Origin: Candidatus Eiseniibacteriota bacterium
Lineage (GTDB): Bacteria > Eisenbacteria > RBG-16-71-46
Length of the DNA stretch: 64,000 bases
Reading direction: 5' to 3'
Assembly (NCBI GenBank): GCA_963707915.1
Contig: OY970178.1
Location: 3,360,001 to 3,424,000, forward strand
Below, piece by piece: positions 28,744-40,993 of this stretch. The translations under genes and the position numbers were made by a program. How positions within the stretch are numbered: the stretch's first letter is position 1; each line of letters starts with the position of its first letter. The notes beneath the pieces were generated by a model, which worked only from the letters and a program-made list of their open reading frames with translations, searched no databases and had not been told where the DNA came from.

Positions 28744-28895
28744 CGCCGGGCGGCCGCCCCGCCGCCGTCCCGCCGCCCCTCGACCCCCGCTCACGACCGC
28801 CCGATCCGCGTCAAGCCCCCGTCTCCGCCTCGGTTTGCCGAGGCCTGCGGCCCGTGGTAACGGTTCCGCCGCCGGTTGGCTCCACGACACGGCAC

Positions 28896-28986
28896 GGAGA
28901 GATGTCCGAGCGGCTGAAGGAGCACGATTGGAAATCGTGTAGGCGCTAATACCGCCTCGAGGGTTCGAATCCCTCTCTCTCCGCCA
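28896..28986 (+). tRNA. tRNA-Ser(GGA)
   Basis: CACGA-TTGGAAA-TCGTG anticodon arm, long variable arm, CCA. Confidence 0.96.
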
Positions 28987-29019
28987 TCCAGTTTCACGAC
29001 CACCCCTGAGGAGCCCTCG

Positions 29020-29547
29020 ATGCGCGCGTTCGTCCCCGAGCTGACGAAACTCCCGAAGCGCAGGGTGCTGACGGTCACCACGGTCGGCAGCCCGAACAAG
29101 GTCGCCCAGCGCTGCGTCAACGCCCTCTTCGGCACGGCCTACCAGACCAAGTTCAAGGTGTTCGCGCCGCTGGGCCGGAAGATGGCGGTCGGTCGGCTGG
29201 CGTGCCGCTGGATGAACGCCCTCAAGGCCCCGCCCTCGAAGTGGGAGGCGCGCTGGGGTCTCGAGGTCCCGGGCTTCGTCACGGGCCGCGACCTGATGCA
29301 GGAGGATCCCAAGACGCGCGTCAAGGTGGCGGACTGGGACTACGGCCTGGTGGCGCAGATCCTCCACAAGGGCCCGTACGCCGAGGAGTGGCCGAGCATC
29401 GAGAAGCTGCAGGCGTTCGTGCAGGAGAAGGGCTACCGCATCGTCGGGCCGCACGAGGAGGAGTACCTGACGCGCCCGGACGTGAAGGTGCCGCGGACCA
29501 TCATCCGCTACCGGGTCAAGAAGCGGGCGGTGCGCAAGCGCGCCTGA
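29020..29547 (+). CDS. GyrI-like small-molecule-binding protein
   Basis: AQILHKGPY..E, HEEEYL, RTIIRY. Confidence 0.85.
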   Translation: MRAFVPELTKLPKRRVLTVTTVGSPNKVAQRCVNALFGTAYQTKFKVFAPLGRKMAVGRLACRWMNALKAPPSKWEARWGLEVPGFVTGRDLMQEDPKTRVKVADWDYGLVAQILHKGPYAEEWPSIEKLQAFVQEKGYRIVGPHEEEYLTRPDVKVPRTIIRYRVKKRAVRKRA

Positions 29548-29595
29548 GCGGGCGCGGCGTCCGGGCGGCCGGGGGCGTGCCCCGGCGCGTCCCGC

Positions 29596-29623
29596 TTGAC
29601 CTGTCCGGCACCCCTGTTAGAAT
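29596..29623 (+). promoter_or_regulatory. Sigma70-type promoter for tRNA-Ala/SRP RNA
   Basis: TTGACC-16nt-TAGAAT with extended TG. Confidence 0.65.
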
Positions 29624-29689
29624 GCGCGTCACTCGGTCGCTCGCGCGGTCCTCCAGCATCGGGCGCGCGGGCCGAACCCTCTGTCTTGT

Positions 29690-29765
29690 GGGGATGTAGC
29701 TCAGCTGGGAGAGCACCTCGTTCGCAACGAGGGGGTCGGCGGTTCGAATCCGCTCATCTCCACCA
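29690..29765 (+). tRNA. tRNA-Ala(CGC)
   Basis: CCTCG-TTCGCAA-CGAGG, G3:U70 pair, CCA. Confidence 0.96.
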
Positions 29766-29772
29766 TCTTCTT

Positions 29773-29871
29773 GGGCCAGGCCCAGCGCAACCCGAACTTG
29801 TGAACCCCGCGAGGACCGGAAGGTAGCAGCGGTAAGCATGAAACTCGGGAGTGCCGCTGTACCCCTGGCCC
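29773..29871 (+). ncRNA. ffs: Small SRP RNA (4.5S)
   Basis: AGGACCGGAAGGTAGCAGC core; terminal GGGCCAGG/CCTGGCCC stem; upstream of dnaX. Confidence 0.9.
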
Positions 29872-29984
29872 TTATCCAAAGCCGTCGAGAGACCGCCTGA
29901 GCAGGGACCCGCTCGCGGTGAGGATCCGTGCGGAGCGCGGGTCGGGCGACCTCCCGGCGGCTTGTGGGTAGAATGGGGACTGCC

Positions 29985-31910
29985 ATGGCCCATCGCGCCC
30001 TTGCCCTGAAGTACCGGCCGCAGACCTTCGCCGACATGATCGGGCAGGAGCACGTCACCGCCGTGCTCACTCGGGCGCTCGAGGGCAGCCGCGTCGCCCA
30101 CGCCTACCTCTTCACCGGCGCCCGCGGGGTCGGCAAGACCACCTGCGCGCGGCTGATCGCCAAGGCGCTCAACTGCCAGCAGCGCGGCCTCGGCGGCCAC
30201 AGCGCGGGCGAGCCCTGCAACCAGTGCGACTCGTGCCGCGAGATCACCACCGGCGTCGCCCTCGACGTGTCCGAGATCGACGGCGCCTCGAACCGCGGCA
30301 TCGCCGACGTGCAGGCGCTGCGCGAGAAGGTGCGCTTCACGCCGACCGGCGGCAAGCACCGCGTGGTGATCATCGACGAGGTCCACCAGCTCTCGGGGGA
30401 CGCCTTCGCCGCGCTGCTCAAGACGCTCGAGGAGCCGCCGCCGCACCTGGTGTTCGTCTTCGCCACCACCGACCCGCAGAAGCTGCCCGAGACCATCCGC
30501 TCGCGCACCCAGCGCTTCGATTTCGCGCGCGTGCCGCTGCGCAAGGTCGCCGACCGGCTGCTCGAGCTGCAGCGGCGCGAGGCGGCGGATCCGGAGGGCA
30601 CGCGCTTCGAGCTGACCGAGGGCGCGGCCCTGCTGCTGGCGCACAAGAGCGAGGGCTCGATGCGCGACGCGGTGAGCGCGCTCGACCAGGTGGTCTCGGC
30701 GGGCGAGCCGCAGGTCGACGACGAGTTGGTGCGCCGCGTGCTGGGGATCGCCGACCGCGAGGCGTTCTTCACCATCGCGGGCGCGGTGCTCGAGCGCGAC
30801 CCGAAGGCGGCGCTGCGCGCGCTGCACCAGGCGTTCGAGAAGGGCCTCGAGGCGCGCGACCTGGCCGAGGGGCTGAGCGAGCACATCCGCCACATCCTGG
30901 TGCTCAAGGTGGACCCGGCGGCGGGCGACCTGGTGGCGCTGTCGCGCGAGGACCTCGAGCGGCTGAAGCAGCAGGGTGCGGCGTGGAGCGAGAACGACCT
31001 GCTGCGCCTGCTCAAGCTGGCCTCGGAGGCGCCGTGGCCGATGCGCGACAGCCCGCAACCGCTCATCCACCTCGAAGCGGCGCTGCTGCAGATGGCGACG
31101 CTCGAGCCGGGCGAGACGCTGGCGGAGATCCTGGCCAAGCTGGAAGCGCTCGAGCAGCGGCTGGGCGGCGCGCCGGTCGCGCCGGCGCCCGCGCGCTCCG
31201 CGCCGCCGCTGCCGGGCGGCGGGGGCCAGCGCTCGAGCCTGGCCGCGGCGCCCGCGCGCGTCGCACCGCCCGCGGCCGCCGCGTTCCGCCCGGCGCCGCG
31301 CGCCTCCGTGCCGGCACCCGGGCCGCAGGCCGCCGCGCCCGCCCCGCCGGTCGCCCGCGCGCCGTCGCCGCAGGCCGCCGCGCCCGCCCCGCCGGTCGCC
31401 CGCGCTCCGGCGCCGCCGGCGCCGCTGGCGCCGCCGGCGGTGGCGCTGCAGGCCGCCGCGCCGAAGCCCGCCGAGCCGCTGTGGCCGAGCGTGACGGCGG
31501 GCGCGGACGCCCCGGTCGCCACGCTCGACGCCGAGGTCGAGTGCGACGAGGCGGCCGAGCGCAGCTGGCGCGAGACGCTCGCCGGGCTCAACGTGCGCAA
31601 GCGCATGCTGGGGGCGTTCCTCGAGGAGAGCCACTTCGTGGGGCTCGCCGGCGACGCGTTGGTGGTGGCGATGGACCACGTGCACTGCATGGTCGTGAAG
31701 GAGAAGGAGAATCTCGCGCTGGTCACGGAAGCGGCGCAGCGCGCCTTCGGGCGCGCGCTCGAGCTGCGGTGCGTCCCGCTGGACGCCTCGCAGCAGAAGC
31801 GCCGGCCGGGGCTCGAGGACGTCGCGCCGATGGTCGAGCGCGCGATCGAGTTCTTCCAGGGCGAGGTGATCGAGCCCAAGGTCCGCCGCAGCGAAAGGAC
31901 GGAGGAATGA
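29985..31910 (+). CDS. dnaX: DNA polymerase III gamma/tau
   Basis: KYRPQTF, GARGVGKT, EIDGASNRG, IIDEVH, SRTQRF. Confidence 0.96.
   Translation: MAHRALALKYRPQTFADMIGQEHVTAVLTRALEGSRVAHAYLFTGARGVGKTTCARLIAKALNCQQRGLGGHSAGEPCNQCDSCREITTGVALDVSEIDGASNRGIADVQALREKVRFTPTGGKHRVVIIDEVHQLSGDAFAALLKTLEEPPPHLVFVFATTDPQKLPETIRSRTQRFDFARVPLRKVADRLLELQRREAADPEGTRFELTEGAALLLAHKSEGSMRDAVSALDQVVSAGEPQVDDELVRRVLGIADREAFFTIAGAVLERDPKAALRALHQAFEKGLEARDLAEGLSEHIRHILVLKVDPAAGDLVALSREDLERLKQQGAAWSENDLLRLLKLASEAPWPMRDSPQPLIHLEAALLQMATLEPGETLAEILAKLEALEQRLGGAPVAPAPARSAPPLPGGGGQRSSLAAAPARVAPPAAAAFRPAPRASVPAPGPQAAAPAPPVARAPSPQAAAPAPPVARAPAPPAPLAPPAVALQAAAPKPAEPLWPSVTAGADAPVATLDAEVECDEAAERSWRETLAGLNVRKRMLGAFLEESHFVGLAGDALVVAMDHVHCMVVKEKENLALVTEAAQRAFGRALELRCVPLDASQQKRRPGLEDVAPMVERAIEFFQGEVIEPKVRRSERTEE
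31323..31405 (+). repeat. 45-nt tandem duplication in the Pro/Ala linker of DnaX
   Basis: PQAAAPAPPVARAP twice; copies start at 31323 and 31368. Confidence 0.85.
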
Positions 31911-32212
31911 AGAGTTTCGGTGACATGGTGAAGCAGGCCCAGAAGCTCCAGAAGCAGATGACCGAGGCCCAGGAGAAGCTGGCCGAGATGCGCTTCGAGG
32001 CCAGCGCGGGCGGCGGCATGGTCAAGGCGGTGGTGGACGGCAAGCAGATGCTCAAGGAACTCAAGATCGGCCCCGAGGCGCTGAAGGAGGGCGACGTCAC
32101 GCTGCTCGAGGACCTGGTCCTGACGGCGGTGGGCGAGGCCCAGCGCGCCTCCGAGGCGCACATGCAGGAGACCATGGGCAAGCTCACCGGCGGCCTCGGG
32201 CTGCCGTTCTAG
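31907..32212 (+). CDS. ybaB: YbaB/EbfC nucleoid-associated protein
   Basis: MVKQAQKLQ, SAGGGMV, LEDLV; between dnaX and recR. Confidence 0.95.
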   Translation: MKSFGDMVKQAQKLQKQMTEAQEKLAEMRFEASAGGGMVKAVVDGKQMLKELKIGPEALKEGDVTLLEDLVLTAVGEAQRASEAHMQETMGKLTGGLGLPF

Positions 32213-32227
32213 CGCCCGGCCCCCGAC

Positions 32228-32827
32228 ATGTACTCCTCCAAGTTCCTCGAATCGCTGATCGAAGAGCTGGTCCGGCTGCCGAGCGTGGGCCAGAAGAGCG
32301 CGCAGCGGCTGGCGCTGCACCTGATGCGCGTGCCGCGCGAGGAGGCGCTGCGCCTGGCCGAGGCCATCCGCGCGGCGCGCGAGAAGGTCGGCTTCTGCAG
32401 CGTCTGCGGCCTGTTCAGCGAGGAGGACCCCTGCCTGATCGACCGCGACACGCAGCGGGACCCGCACCTGGTGTGCGTGGTCGAGCAGCCGGCCGACGTC
32501 CTGGCGTTCGAGCGCACCGGCTCGTTCCGCGGTCGCTACCACGTGCTGGGCGGGGCGCTCTCGCCGCTCGCCGGGGTCCAGCCCGAGGACCTGCGCATCC
32601 GCGAGCTGATCGAGCGGCTGCGCACCGAGCCGATCCAGGAGATCATCCTGGCCACGAACCCCAACGTGGCCGGCGAGGCGACGGCGCTCTACCTGTCGCG
32701 GCTGCTCGCACCGCTGGGGGTCAGGGTCACGCGCATCGCGCGCGGCGTGCCGATGGGCTCCGACCTCGAGTACTCCGACCAGGTCACGCTGGCCCGTGCG
32801 CTCGAGGGCCGGCGCGAGTTCGACTAG
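32228..32827 (+). CDS. recR: Recombination protein RecR
   Basis: [30 protein letters not shown]. Confidence 0.96.
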   Translation: MYSSKFLESLIEELVRLPSVGQKSAQRLALHLMRVPREEALRLAEAIRAAREKVGFCSVCGLFSEEDPCLIDRDTQRDPHLVCVVEQPADVLAFERTGSFRGRYHVLGGALSPLAGVQPEDLRIRELIERLRTEPIQEIILATNPNVAGEATALYLSRLLAPLGVRVTRIARGVPMGSDLEYSDQVTLARALEGRREFD

Positions 32828-32854
32828 GCCGCCGAGCGAGCGAATACCCCGGCC

Positions 32855-34057
32855 ATGAACCTCTACCTGCGCGACGCGCTCTTCCTGGTGAGCGTCTTCG
32901 TGCTGATCGCGCTCAACGCCTTCTTCGTGGCGGCCGAGTTCGCGCTGGTCACGGTGCGCTGGACGCGGGTCGAGGAGATGGTCGAGCGGGGCCGCTTCGG
33001 GGCCCGGGCGGTGGCCCGGGCGCTCGAGAACCTGGACGACGCCATCGCCGCCACCCAGGTGGGGATCACCTTCGCGAGCCTGGCGCTGGGCTGGGTGGGC
33101 GAGCCCGCGCTGGCGCACCTGCTCCAGCCGCTGTTCGGCGGCATGCCGCAGCTCTGGGGGACGGTGGCCGCCCATGCCACCGCGGTCACGCTCGCCTACG
33201 TGCTGCTCACCTACCTGCACGTGGTGCTGGGCGAGCAGGTGCCCAAGATGCACGCGCTCGACCGCGCCGAGGACGTGGCGGTGATCGTGGCCGGCCCGCT
33301 GCTCGCCTTCGCGCGGGTGTTCCGCCCGTTCATCTGGTCGGTGGGCTGGGGCAGCGAACTGGTGGTGCGCATGCTGCGGCTGCCGGCGCCGCGCGCCGAG
33401 CAGGACATCCACTCGGTGCGGGAGCTGGGTATGCTGGTCGAGGAGACCGCCGAGGCCGGCATGATGCCGGCCGAGCAGGCCGAGTACGTGCGCAACGTGT
33501 TCCGCCTGAGCGGCAAGCGCGTGCACGACGTCATGGTGCCGCGCGAGAAGGTGGTGACGCTGTCGCTGGGGGCCTCGCCCGAGGACGTGCTGGCGACCTG
33601 CCGCGAGACGGCGCACACCCGCATGCCGGTGTGGGAGGGCCAGCCCGACAACATCGTGGGCATCGTCAACTCCAAGAACCTCTTCCACCTGTTCAGTCAG
33701 TACAAACTCGTGCTGCTGGAAGACGCCATGTACCCGCCCATCTTCGCGGAGCCGGACCTGTCGGTGGGCCGGCTGCTCGGCATCTTCCGCCGGGCGCGCC
33801 GCCCGATGGCGGTGGTGCGCGATGCGAGCGGCCGCTTCCTGGGCATCGTGACGCTCGAGGACATCCTCGAGGAGATCGTTGGCGAGATCGAGGACGAGCA
33901 CGACGTGCCGCCGCCCGCGCCGCCCGTCCCGGTCGTCCCGGCACCGGCCTCGCGACCCGGCTCGGCGCTCGCCACCGGCCCGGTGGCGACGCCCGGGCGG
34001 ACCCCGCCGGCCGCCCCGGGTGGCCCGTCGACTCCGGGCGGAGCCGCGGGCGGCTGA
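32855..34057 (+). CDS. CNNM/CBS hemolysin-family (CorB/TlyC-like) protein
   Basis: FFVAAEFAL, GEQVPK, HTRMPV, VTLEDILEEIVGEI. Confidence 0.92.
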   Translation: MNLYLRDALFLVSVFVLIALNAFFVAAEFALVTVRWTRVEEMVERGRFGARAVARALENLDDAIAATQVGITFASLALGWVGEPALAHLLQPLFGGMPQLWGTVAAHATAVTLAYVLLTYLHVVLGEQVPKMHALDRAEDVAVIVAGPLLAFARVFRPFIWSVGWGSELVVRMLRLPAPRAEQDIHSVRELGMLVEETAEAGMMPAEQAEYVRNVFRLSGKRVHDVMVPREKVVTLSLGASPEDVLATCRETAHTRMPVWEGQPDNIVGIVNSKNLFHLFSQYKLVLLEDAMYPPIFAEPDLSVGRLLGIFRRARRPMAVVRDASGRFLGIVTLEDILEEIVGEIEDEHDVPPPAPPVPVVPAPASRPGSALATGPVATPGRTPPAAPGGPSTPGGAAGG

Positions 34058-34238
34058 CCCCGGTTCGCGGGAACCGGGCCCGGCCGCAGGGTTCGGGCGT
34101 CCCGCCTCCGCCCGGCCAAACGCAAATCCCGCACAACTTTGTCTTGTCGCCGCGGCCCGGGCGTGGTACCCCTTCTTCCGGTTCACACGGACGTGCCAGG
34201 AGTCTGAACCGGCTAAGCCCAATTTGGCAGGGGGATTC

Positions 34239-34748
34239 ATGCCGCAATGGACTCTTTTCGAAAACGACTTTCGCTCCATCGACGGGGTCCTGAACGAGTT
34301 GCTGGAGCGCACCAACGCGCTCTCGGTGCACCTCGTGGATCGCTCCGGCCAGCTCATCACCTCGGCCGGACGCACCGGTGACTTCGATGCCACGGCGTTC
34401 GCCAGCCTGGTGGCCGCGGATTTCACGGCCAACGCGGAGCTTTCCCAGTTGCTCGGCGAGGAGGGTTTGGCGGCGGTGGTGAGCGAGGGACGCGAGCGCT
34501 CGGTCCACTCGTGCCTGCTGGCGGGCCGGGTCATCATGTGCACCGTCTACGACCGGCGCAGCACGCTGGGCCTGGTGCGGTTCCGCGCGAACCGCGCGGC
34601 GCGGGAGCTGACCGGCATCTTCGAGGGCCTGTTCGAGAAGGTGGGCCTGTTCGAGCCCGACCTGCAGCCCGGCGTGGAGATGGAGCCGACCAGCCCCGAG
34701 TTCGCGCTGGCCGCGAGCCAGGAAGTCGACGCGCTCTTCGGGGACTAG
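34239..34748 (+). CDS. mglB: Roadblock/LC7 protein MglB
   Basis: LVDRSGQLI, FASLVAADF, TLGLVR; upstream of mglA. Confidence 0.88.
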   Translation: MPQWTLFENDFRSIDGVLNELLERTNALSVHLVDRSGQLITSAGRTGDFDATAFASLVAADFTANAELSQLLGEEGLAAVVSEGRERSVHSCLLAGRVIMCTVYDRRSTLGLVRFRANRAARELTGIFEGLFEKVGLFEPDLQPGVEMEPTSPEFALAASQEVDALFGD

Positions 34749-34787
34749 CCGCACTTCGCAATCCCACCGAACCACGCGGAGGGTCTC

Positions 34788-35462
34788 ATGGCGCTCATCA
34801 ACCACCGGGCGCGCGAGATCCACTTCAAGATCGTCTATTTCGGGCCCGGGCTGGGCGGCAAGACCACCAACCTGCGCTTCCTGCACGAGCGCCTGCCCGC
34901 CGAGCGGCGCGGCCGGCTCCTCTCGATCGCGACCGACCACGAGCGCACGCTGTTCTTCGACTTCCTGCCGGTGGACCTGGGGCAGGTGAACGGCTTCCTG
35001 ACGCGCTTCCACCTCTACACCGTGCCCGGGCAGGTCTACTACCGGCTGTCGCGGCGCGCCGTGCTGCAGGGGGCCGACGGGCTGGTCTTCGTCGCCGATT
35101 CGCACCCGGCGCGCGAGCAGGCGAACGTCGACTCGCTCGACGACCTGGCCACGCACCTGCGCTCGATGGCCCTGACGCCGGTCCAGCTCGAGCGCATCCC
35201 GCGCGTCTTCCAGTGGAACAAGCGCGACCTGCCCGGGGCGCTGCCGGTCGAGCGGCTGCACGCGGCGCTCAACCCGCGCGGCGCGCCCGAGTTCGAGGCG
35301 GTGGCCAGCGAGGGACGCGGCGTGAGCGAGACGCTGCGCACCATCTGCAAGGCCGTGCTCGGCCGGCTGGTGGTGGGGGAGCGTGCGCCCCAGCCCGCGG
35401 CGGCCGCGCCGGTGCCGCGCCCGGCCTCGGCCCCGGTGCCGGTGCCGCAGACGCAATCTTGA
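34788..35462 (+). CDS. mglA: MglA small GTPase
   Basis: KIVYFGPGLGGKTTNL, RTLFFDF, YTVPGQV, NKRD. Confidence 0.93.
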   Translation: MALINHRAREIHFKIVYFGPGLGGKTTNLRFLHERLPAERRGRLLSIATDHERTLFFDFLPVDLGQVNGFLTRFHLYTVPGQVYYRLSRRAVLQGADGLVFVADSHPAREQANVDSLDDLATHLRSMALTPVQLERIPRVFQWNKRDLPGALPVERLHAALNPRGAPEFEAVASEGRGVSETLRTICKAVLGRLVVGERAPQPAAAAPVPRPASAPVPVPQTQS

Positions 35463-35926
35463 GGGCCCTCGCGCGCTTCGTCGCCACGCTGGGCCCGGTC
35501 GGCTCGGCCCCGCTCGCCCCGGCGACGGCCGGCAGCGCCGTGGTGGTCCTGGTGGGCTGGTTCCTGCCGGTCCCCGCGCTCTGGGTGACCCTGCTGCTGA
35601 TCCTGGCCGGCTCGGCGCTGGCCGTCTGGAGCGCCGGCGAGGCCGAGGCGACGCTGGGGCACGACGCCAAGCCGATCGTCATCGACGAGGTGGTCGGCCA
35701 GAGCCTGGCCCTGCTCTTCGTGCCGCACCACCCGCTCGCCTTCTTCGCCGCCTTCCTGCTGTTCCGCGTCTTCGACATCCTGAAGCCGCTCGGCGCGCGC
35801 GAGATCCAGCGGCTCCCGGGCGGCTGGGGCGTGGTCGCCGACGACGTGGTCGCGGGACTCACCGCCTGCGGGGTCTTCCACCTCGGCTGGTGGGCCCTGC
35901 AGCGGCTCGGGTTGCTGGCGGGCTGA
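35459..35926 (+). CDS. pgpA: Phosphatidylglycerophosphatase A
   Basis: IVIDEVVG, FRVFDILKP, GVVADDVVAG. Confidence 0.92.
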   Translation: MRALARFVATLGPVGSAPLAPATAGSAVVVLVGWFLPVPALWVTLLLILAGSALAVWSAGEAEATLGHDAKPIVIDEVVGQSLALLFVPHHPLAFFAAFLLFRVFDILKPLGAREIQRLPGGWGVVADDVVAGLTACGVFHLGWWALQRLGLLAG

Positions 35927-35978
35927 CCGGCCCGCCGGGATTCTCCTCATGTCCCGGGCGACCCCGGCCGATACTCAT

Positions 35979-36159
35979 GGTGTCTTCGGTTGGCTCTGGA
36001 TGTGCAGCAGACGTTCGATTCCGCCAGGGACACCTGGCGGATTTTCGTTTGAAGGCACCCCGGCCGGGCGAAGTGCGGTCATGGTGGCCGGACGTCGCCG
36101 TCGCGTGATGAGACGGCAGAACCAAGGGATCTTCGGATCCCGGCATCAAGGAGTTCCAA
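35979..36159 (+). promoter_or_regulatory. Structured 5' leader of the cold-shock gene
   Basis: Several hairpins including CCGCCAGG/CCTGGCGG and GGGATC-TTCG-GATCCC. Confidence 0.5.
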
Positions 36160-36360
36160 GTGGCTCGTGGCACGGTGAAGTGGTTCAACGAGGCGAAGGG
36201 TTTCGGATTCATCACCCAGGAAGGTGGCGAGGACGTGTTCGTGCACTTCTCGGCCATCGTCGGCGAAGGCTTCAAGACGCTCGCCGAGGGTGAGACGCTC
36301 GAGTTCGACGTCACGCGCGGGCCGAAGGGCCTGCAGGCGGCGAACGTCCGCAAGGTGTAG
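36160..36360 (+). CDS. cspA: Cold-shock protein
   Basis: [22 protein letters not shown]. Confidence 0.96.
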   Translation: MARGTVKWFNEAKGFGFITQEGGEDVFVHFSAIVGEGFKTLAEGETLEFDVTRGPKGLQAANVRKV

Positions 36361-36549
36361 CCCCGGGGGACCACCTCGATCCGCGGGCGGCATCCGCAAG
36401 GGTGCCGCCCGGACCGTTGCCGCGCGCAGCCCGGGCCCCCGTCCCGGCCGCGACGGCCGCGGGGCTTCGCGCAGTTGCGCGCCCACCCGGCCTTGCGTCA
36501 CAGTCCCGCCACCCACGGAACGCAGCGCCACCCAACGGACGGGGCCGCC

Positions 36550-37962
36550 ATGCAGATCGAGATCGTCACCATCGGCAACGAAGTGCTCTCGGGCCGCACC
36601 GTGGACACGAACTTCGCCTGGCTGGCGCGCGCGCTCGAGCGGGCCAGCGTGCAGGTGGCCTGGCATTCCACGGTGGGGGACGCGCCCGAGCGGATCGGCG
36701 AGGCGCTCAAGCGCGCGCTGGAGCGCGCCGACGGCGTGGTGATGACCGGGGGGCTGGGGCCCACGCCCGACGACCTCACGCGCCGGGCCGTCGCCACGGT
36801 GCTCGCCCGCCCGCTCCAGCTCGACGAGACGGTGCTCGCCCACGTGCGCGAGCGGGCGAAGCGCTCCGGTCGGCGGCTGCCGGCCTCGATCGAGAGCATG
36901 GCGCTGCTGCCGCGCGGTGCCGAGGCGTGGCTCAACCCGCAGGGCTCCGCGCCCGGGATCCTGGTCCTGCAGGGCGAGAAACCGGTGATCCTGCTGCCCG
37001 GCGTGCCCCACGAGATGGAAGCACTCGCGACCGAGCGCGTCGTCCCCTACCTGCGCCAGCGCACCGGCCGCACGGTCGAGACCTTCACGTTGCGCACCTT
37101 CGGCGCGTTCGAGAGCCAGCTCCAGGAACGGATCGGCGCGCGGCCGCAGCGCTGGAGCGGCGCCTCGCTGGCCTACCTGCCGAGCTACTTCGGCGTGGAC
37201 CTGCGCGTGACCGTGGCCGGTGCGAACGAGACGCAGGTGAGGGAGACGGCGGACCAGGCCTGCGCCGAGCTCCGGTCGCTGGTGGGCGGGCTGGTCTACG
37301 CCGAGGGCGAGCGCTCGATGGAGGACGTGGTGGGCGAGGCGCTGCTGCAACGCGGCTGGCGCGTCGCCACCGCCGAGTCGTGCACCGCCGGGCTGCTCGC
37401 CAAGCGCCTCACCGACGTGCCGGGCGCCTCGCGCTACTTCGACCGCGGCTTCGTCGCCTACACCAACGAGGCCAAGGCCGAGTTGCTGGGCGTGAGCGAG
37501 GCCGACCTCGCGGCGCAGGGCGCGGTCAGCGCGGTGGTGGCCGGGCAGATGGCGCACGGGGCGCGGCACCGTGCCGGCGTGGACCTCGGACTGGCGATCA
37601 CCGGCGTGGCGGGGCCCGACGGTGGCACCGCCGAGAAGCCCGTGGGGCTGGTCTTCGTCGCGCTCTCCTCGGGCGAGGGCGAGGTCGTGCGCCGCTTCCA
37701 GTTCTCGGGGACGCGCTCCACCATCCGGGAGCGCACGGTGCAGGTCACGCTCGACCTGGCGCGCCGGCTGGCGCTCGGCCTGACGCTCGACCCGGTGATC
37801 GAGGAGGAGCCGGCCGCTTCGAGCCGGCCGGCCGCGCGCCGCACCGCGAAGGTGGCGGACGTGGTCGCGCCCGCGCCGGAGCCGGTGGCGGAGGCGAAGC
37901 CCCGGCCGGCGCCGCGCCGGCGCACGCCGCCCCCGGCCGGCGGAGAGCGCAACGGCGGCTGA
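36550..37962 (+). CDS. cinA: Competence/damage-inducible protein CinA
   Basis: IGNEVLSG..VDTN, GGLGPTPDDLT, AESCTAG, ITGVAGP. Confidence 0.95.
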   Translation: MQIEIVTIGNEVLSGRTVDTNFAWLARALERASVQVAWHSTVGDAPERIGEALKRALERADGVVMTGGLGPTPDDLTRRAVATVLARPLQLDETVLAHVRERAKRSGRRLPASIESMALLPRGAEAWLNPQGSAPGILVLQGEKPVILLPGVPHEMEALATERVVPYLRQRTGRTVETFTLRTFGAFESQLQERIGARPQRWSGASLAYLPSYFGVDLRVTVAGANETQVRETADQACAELRSLVGGLVYAEGERSMEDVVGEALLQRGWRVATAESCTAGLLAKRLTDVPGASRYFDRGFVAYTNEAKAELLGVSEADLAAQGAVSAVVAGQMAHGARHRAGVDLGLAITGVAGPDGGTAEKPVGLVFVALSSGEGEVVRRFQFSGTRSTIRERTVQVTLDLARRLALGLTLDPVIEEEPAASSRPAARRTAKVADVVAPAPEPVAEAKPRPAPRRRTPPPAGGERNGG

Positions 37963-37963
37963 G

Positions 37964-38524
37964 ATGCGATTGTTCCTGGCGGTCTTCCCGCCCGCCGCGG
38001 TCCAGCGTGCGGCCTTCGCCTGCATCGAGGCGCTGCGGCGCCCGGGCGACGGCGTCTCGTGGGTGAAGCCCGAGAACCTGCACTACACGCTGCGCTTCCT
38101 CGGCGAGCTGGGAGAGGACGGCGCGCGCCGGGCGGGCGAGGCGGCGGGCGAGGCCGCGGCGCAGTCCCGCGCCTTCGCGGCCGCGCTCGGCGGCCTGGGC
38201 GCGTTCCCGGACGCCCGGCGCGCGCGCGTCATCTGGGCCGGCATGAGCGAGGGCGCCGAGGCGCTGGTGACGCTCGCGCGCGACCTCGACCGGGCGCTGG
38301 CGAAACGCGGCTTCGGCGCGGCCGACAAGCCCTTCTCCGCCCACCTCACGCTGGGGCGCGTGCGCACGCCGGGGACCGACTGGAGCGCGGCGCTGGCCGC
38401 GCAGCGGGTGGCCGCGCCGCAGGCGGGCTTCGGGGTGGAGCGGATCTGCGTGGTGGAGAGCCGGTTGAGCCCGGGCGGCTCGATCTACACGGTGCGCACG
38501 GCGGCCCCGCTGGCGCCGGCCTGA
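37964..38524 (+). CDS. thpR: RNA 2',3'-cyclic phosphodiesterase
   Basis: Two HxT motifs HYTL and HLTL. Confidence 0.93.
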   Translation: MRLFLAVFPPAAVQRAAFACIEALRRPGDGVSWVKPENLHYTLRFLGELGEDGARRAGEAAGEAAAQSRAFAAALGGLGAFPDARRARVIWAGMSEGAEALVTLARDLDRALAKRGFGAADKPFSAHLTLGRVRTPGTDWSAALAAQRVAAPQAGFGVERICVVESRLSPGGSIYTVRTAAPLAPA

Positions 38525-38720
38525 GCGCCGTTCGTCTCATCATCTCGTTGTGCCCGTTGATGTTATCGGTTCAGAACATACCGCTTTCCATCTACTGCCC
38601 AAATGTGTAGTATGCGGCCGCAATCGGACCCGTGACCCCGGGGAGCGAGTCACCTATCTTGTGCGGGTCGTCCCCGCTCCGCCCCGGAACGTGCAGCCCC
38701 TGCGAAGGAGACGCTGGACC

Positions 38721-40922
<2,202 letters not shown>

Positions 40923-40993
40923 CCGAGCGAGACGTCATCCCGGGCCCGGCTACCGTGGACGGGCCCGGCACACTCCCCCGACAGGAGGTCTCC

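Noticed and set aside
30104..34543. 1479-aa minus-strand ORF and similar long ORFs (e.g. 42840-45812, 61477-63657, upstream part of 57731-60904)
   Set aside because: GC-rich shadow frames overlapping well-supported genes, without motifs
38525..38720. LexA/SOS box upstream of recA
   Set aside because: AT-richer region with GTTCAGAAC, but no match to an SOS-box consensus I can support
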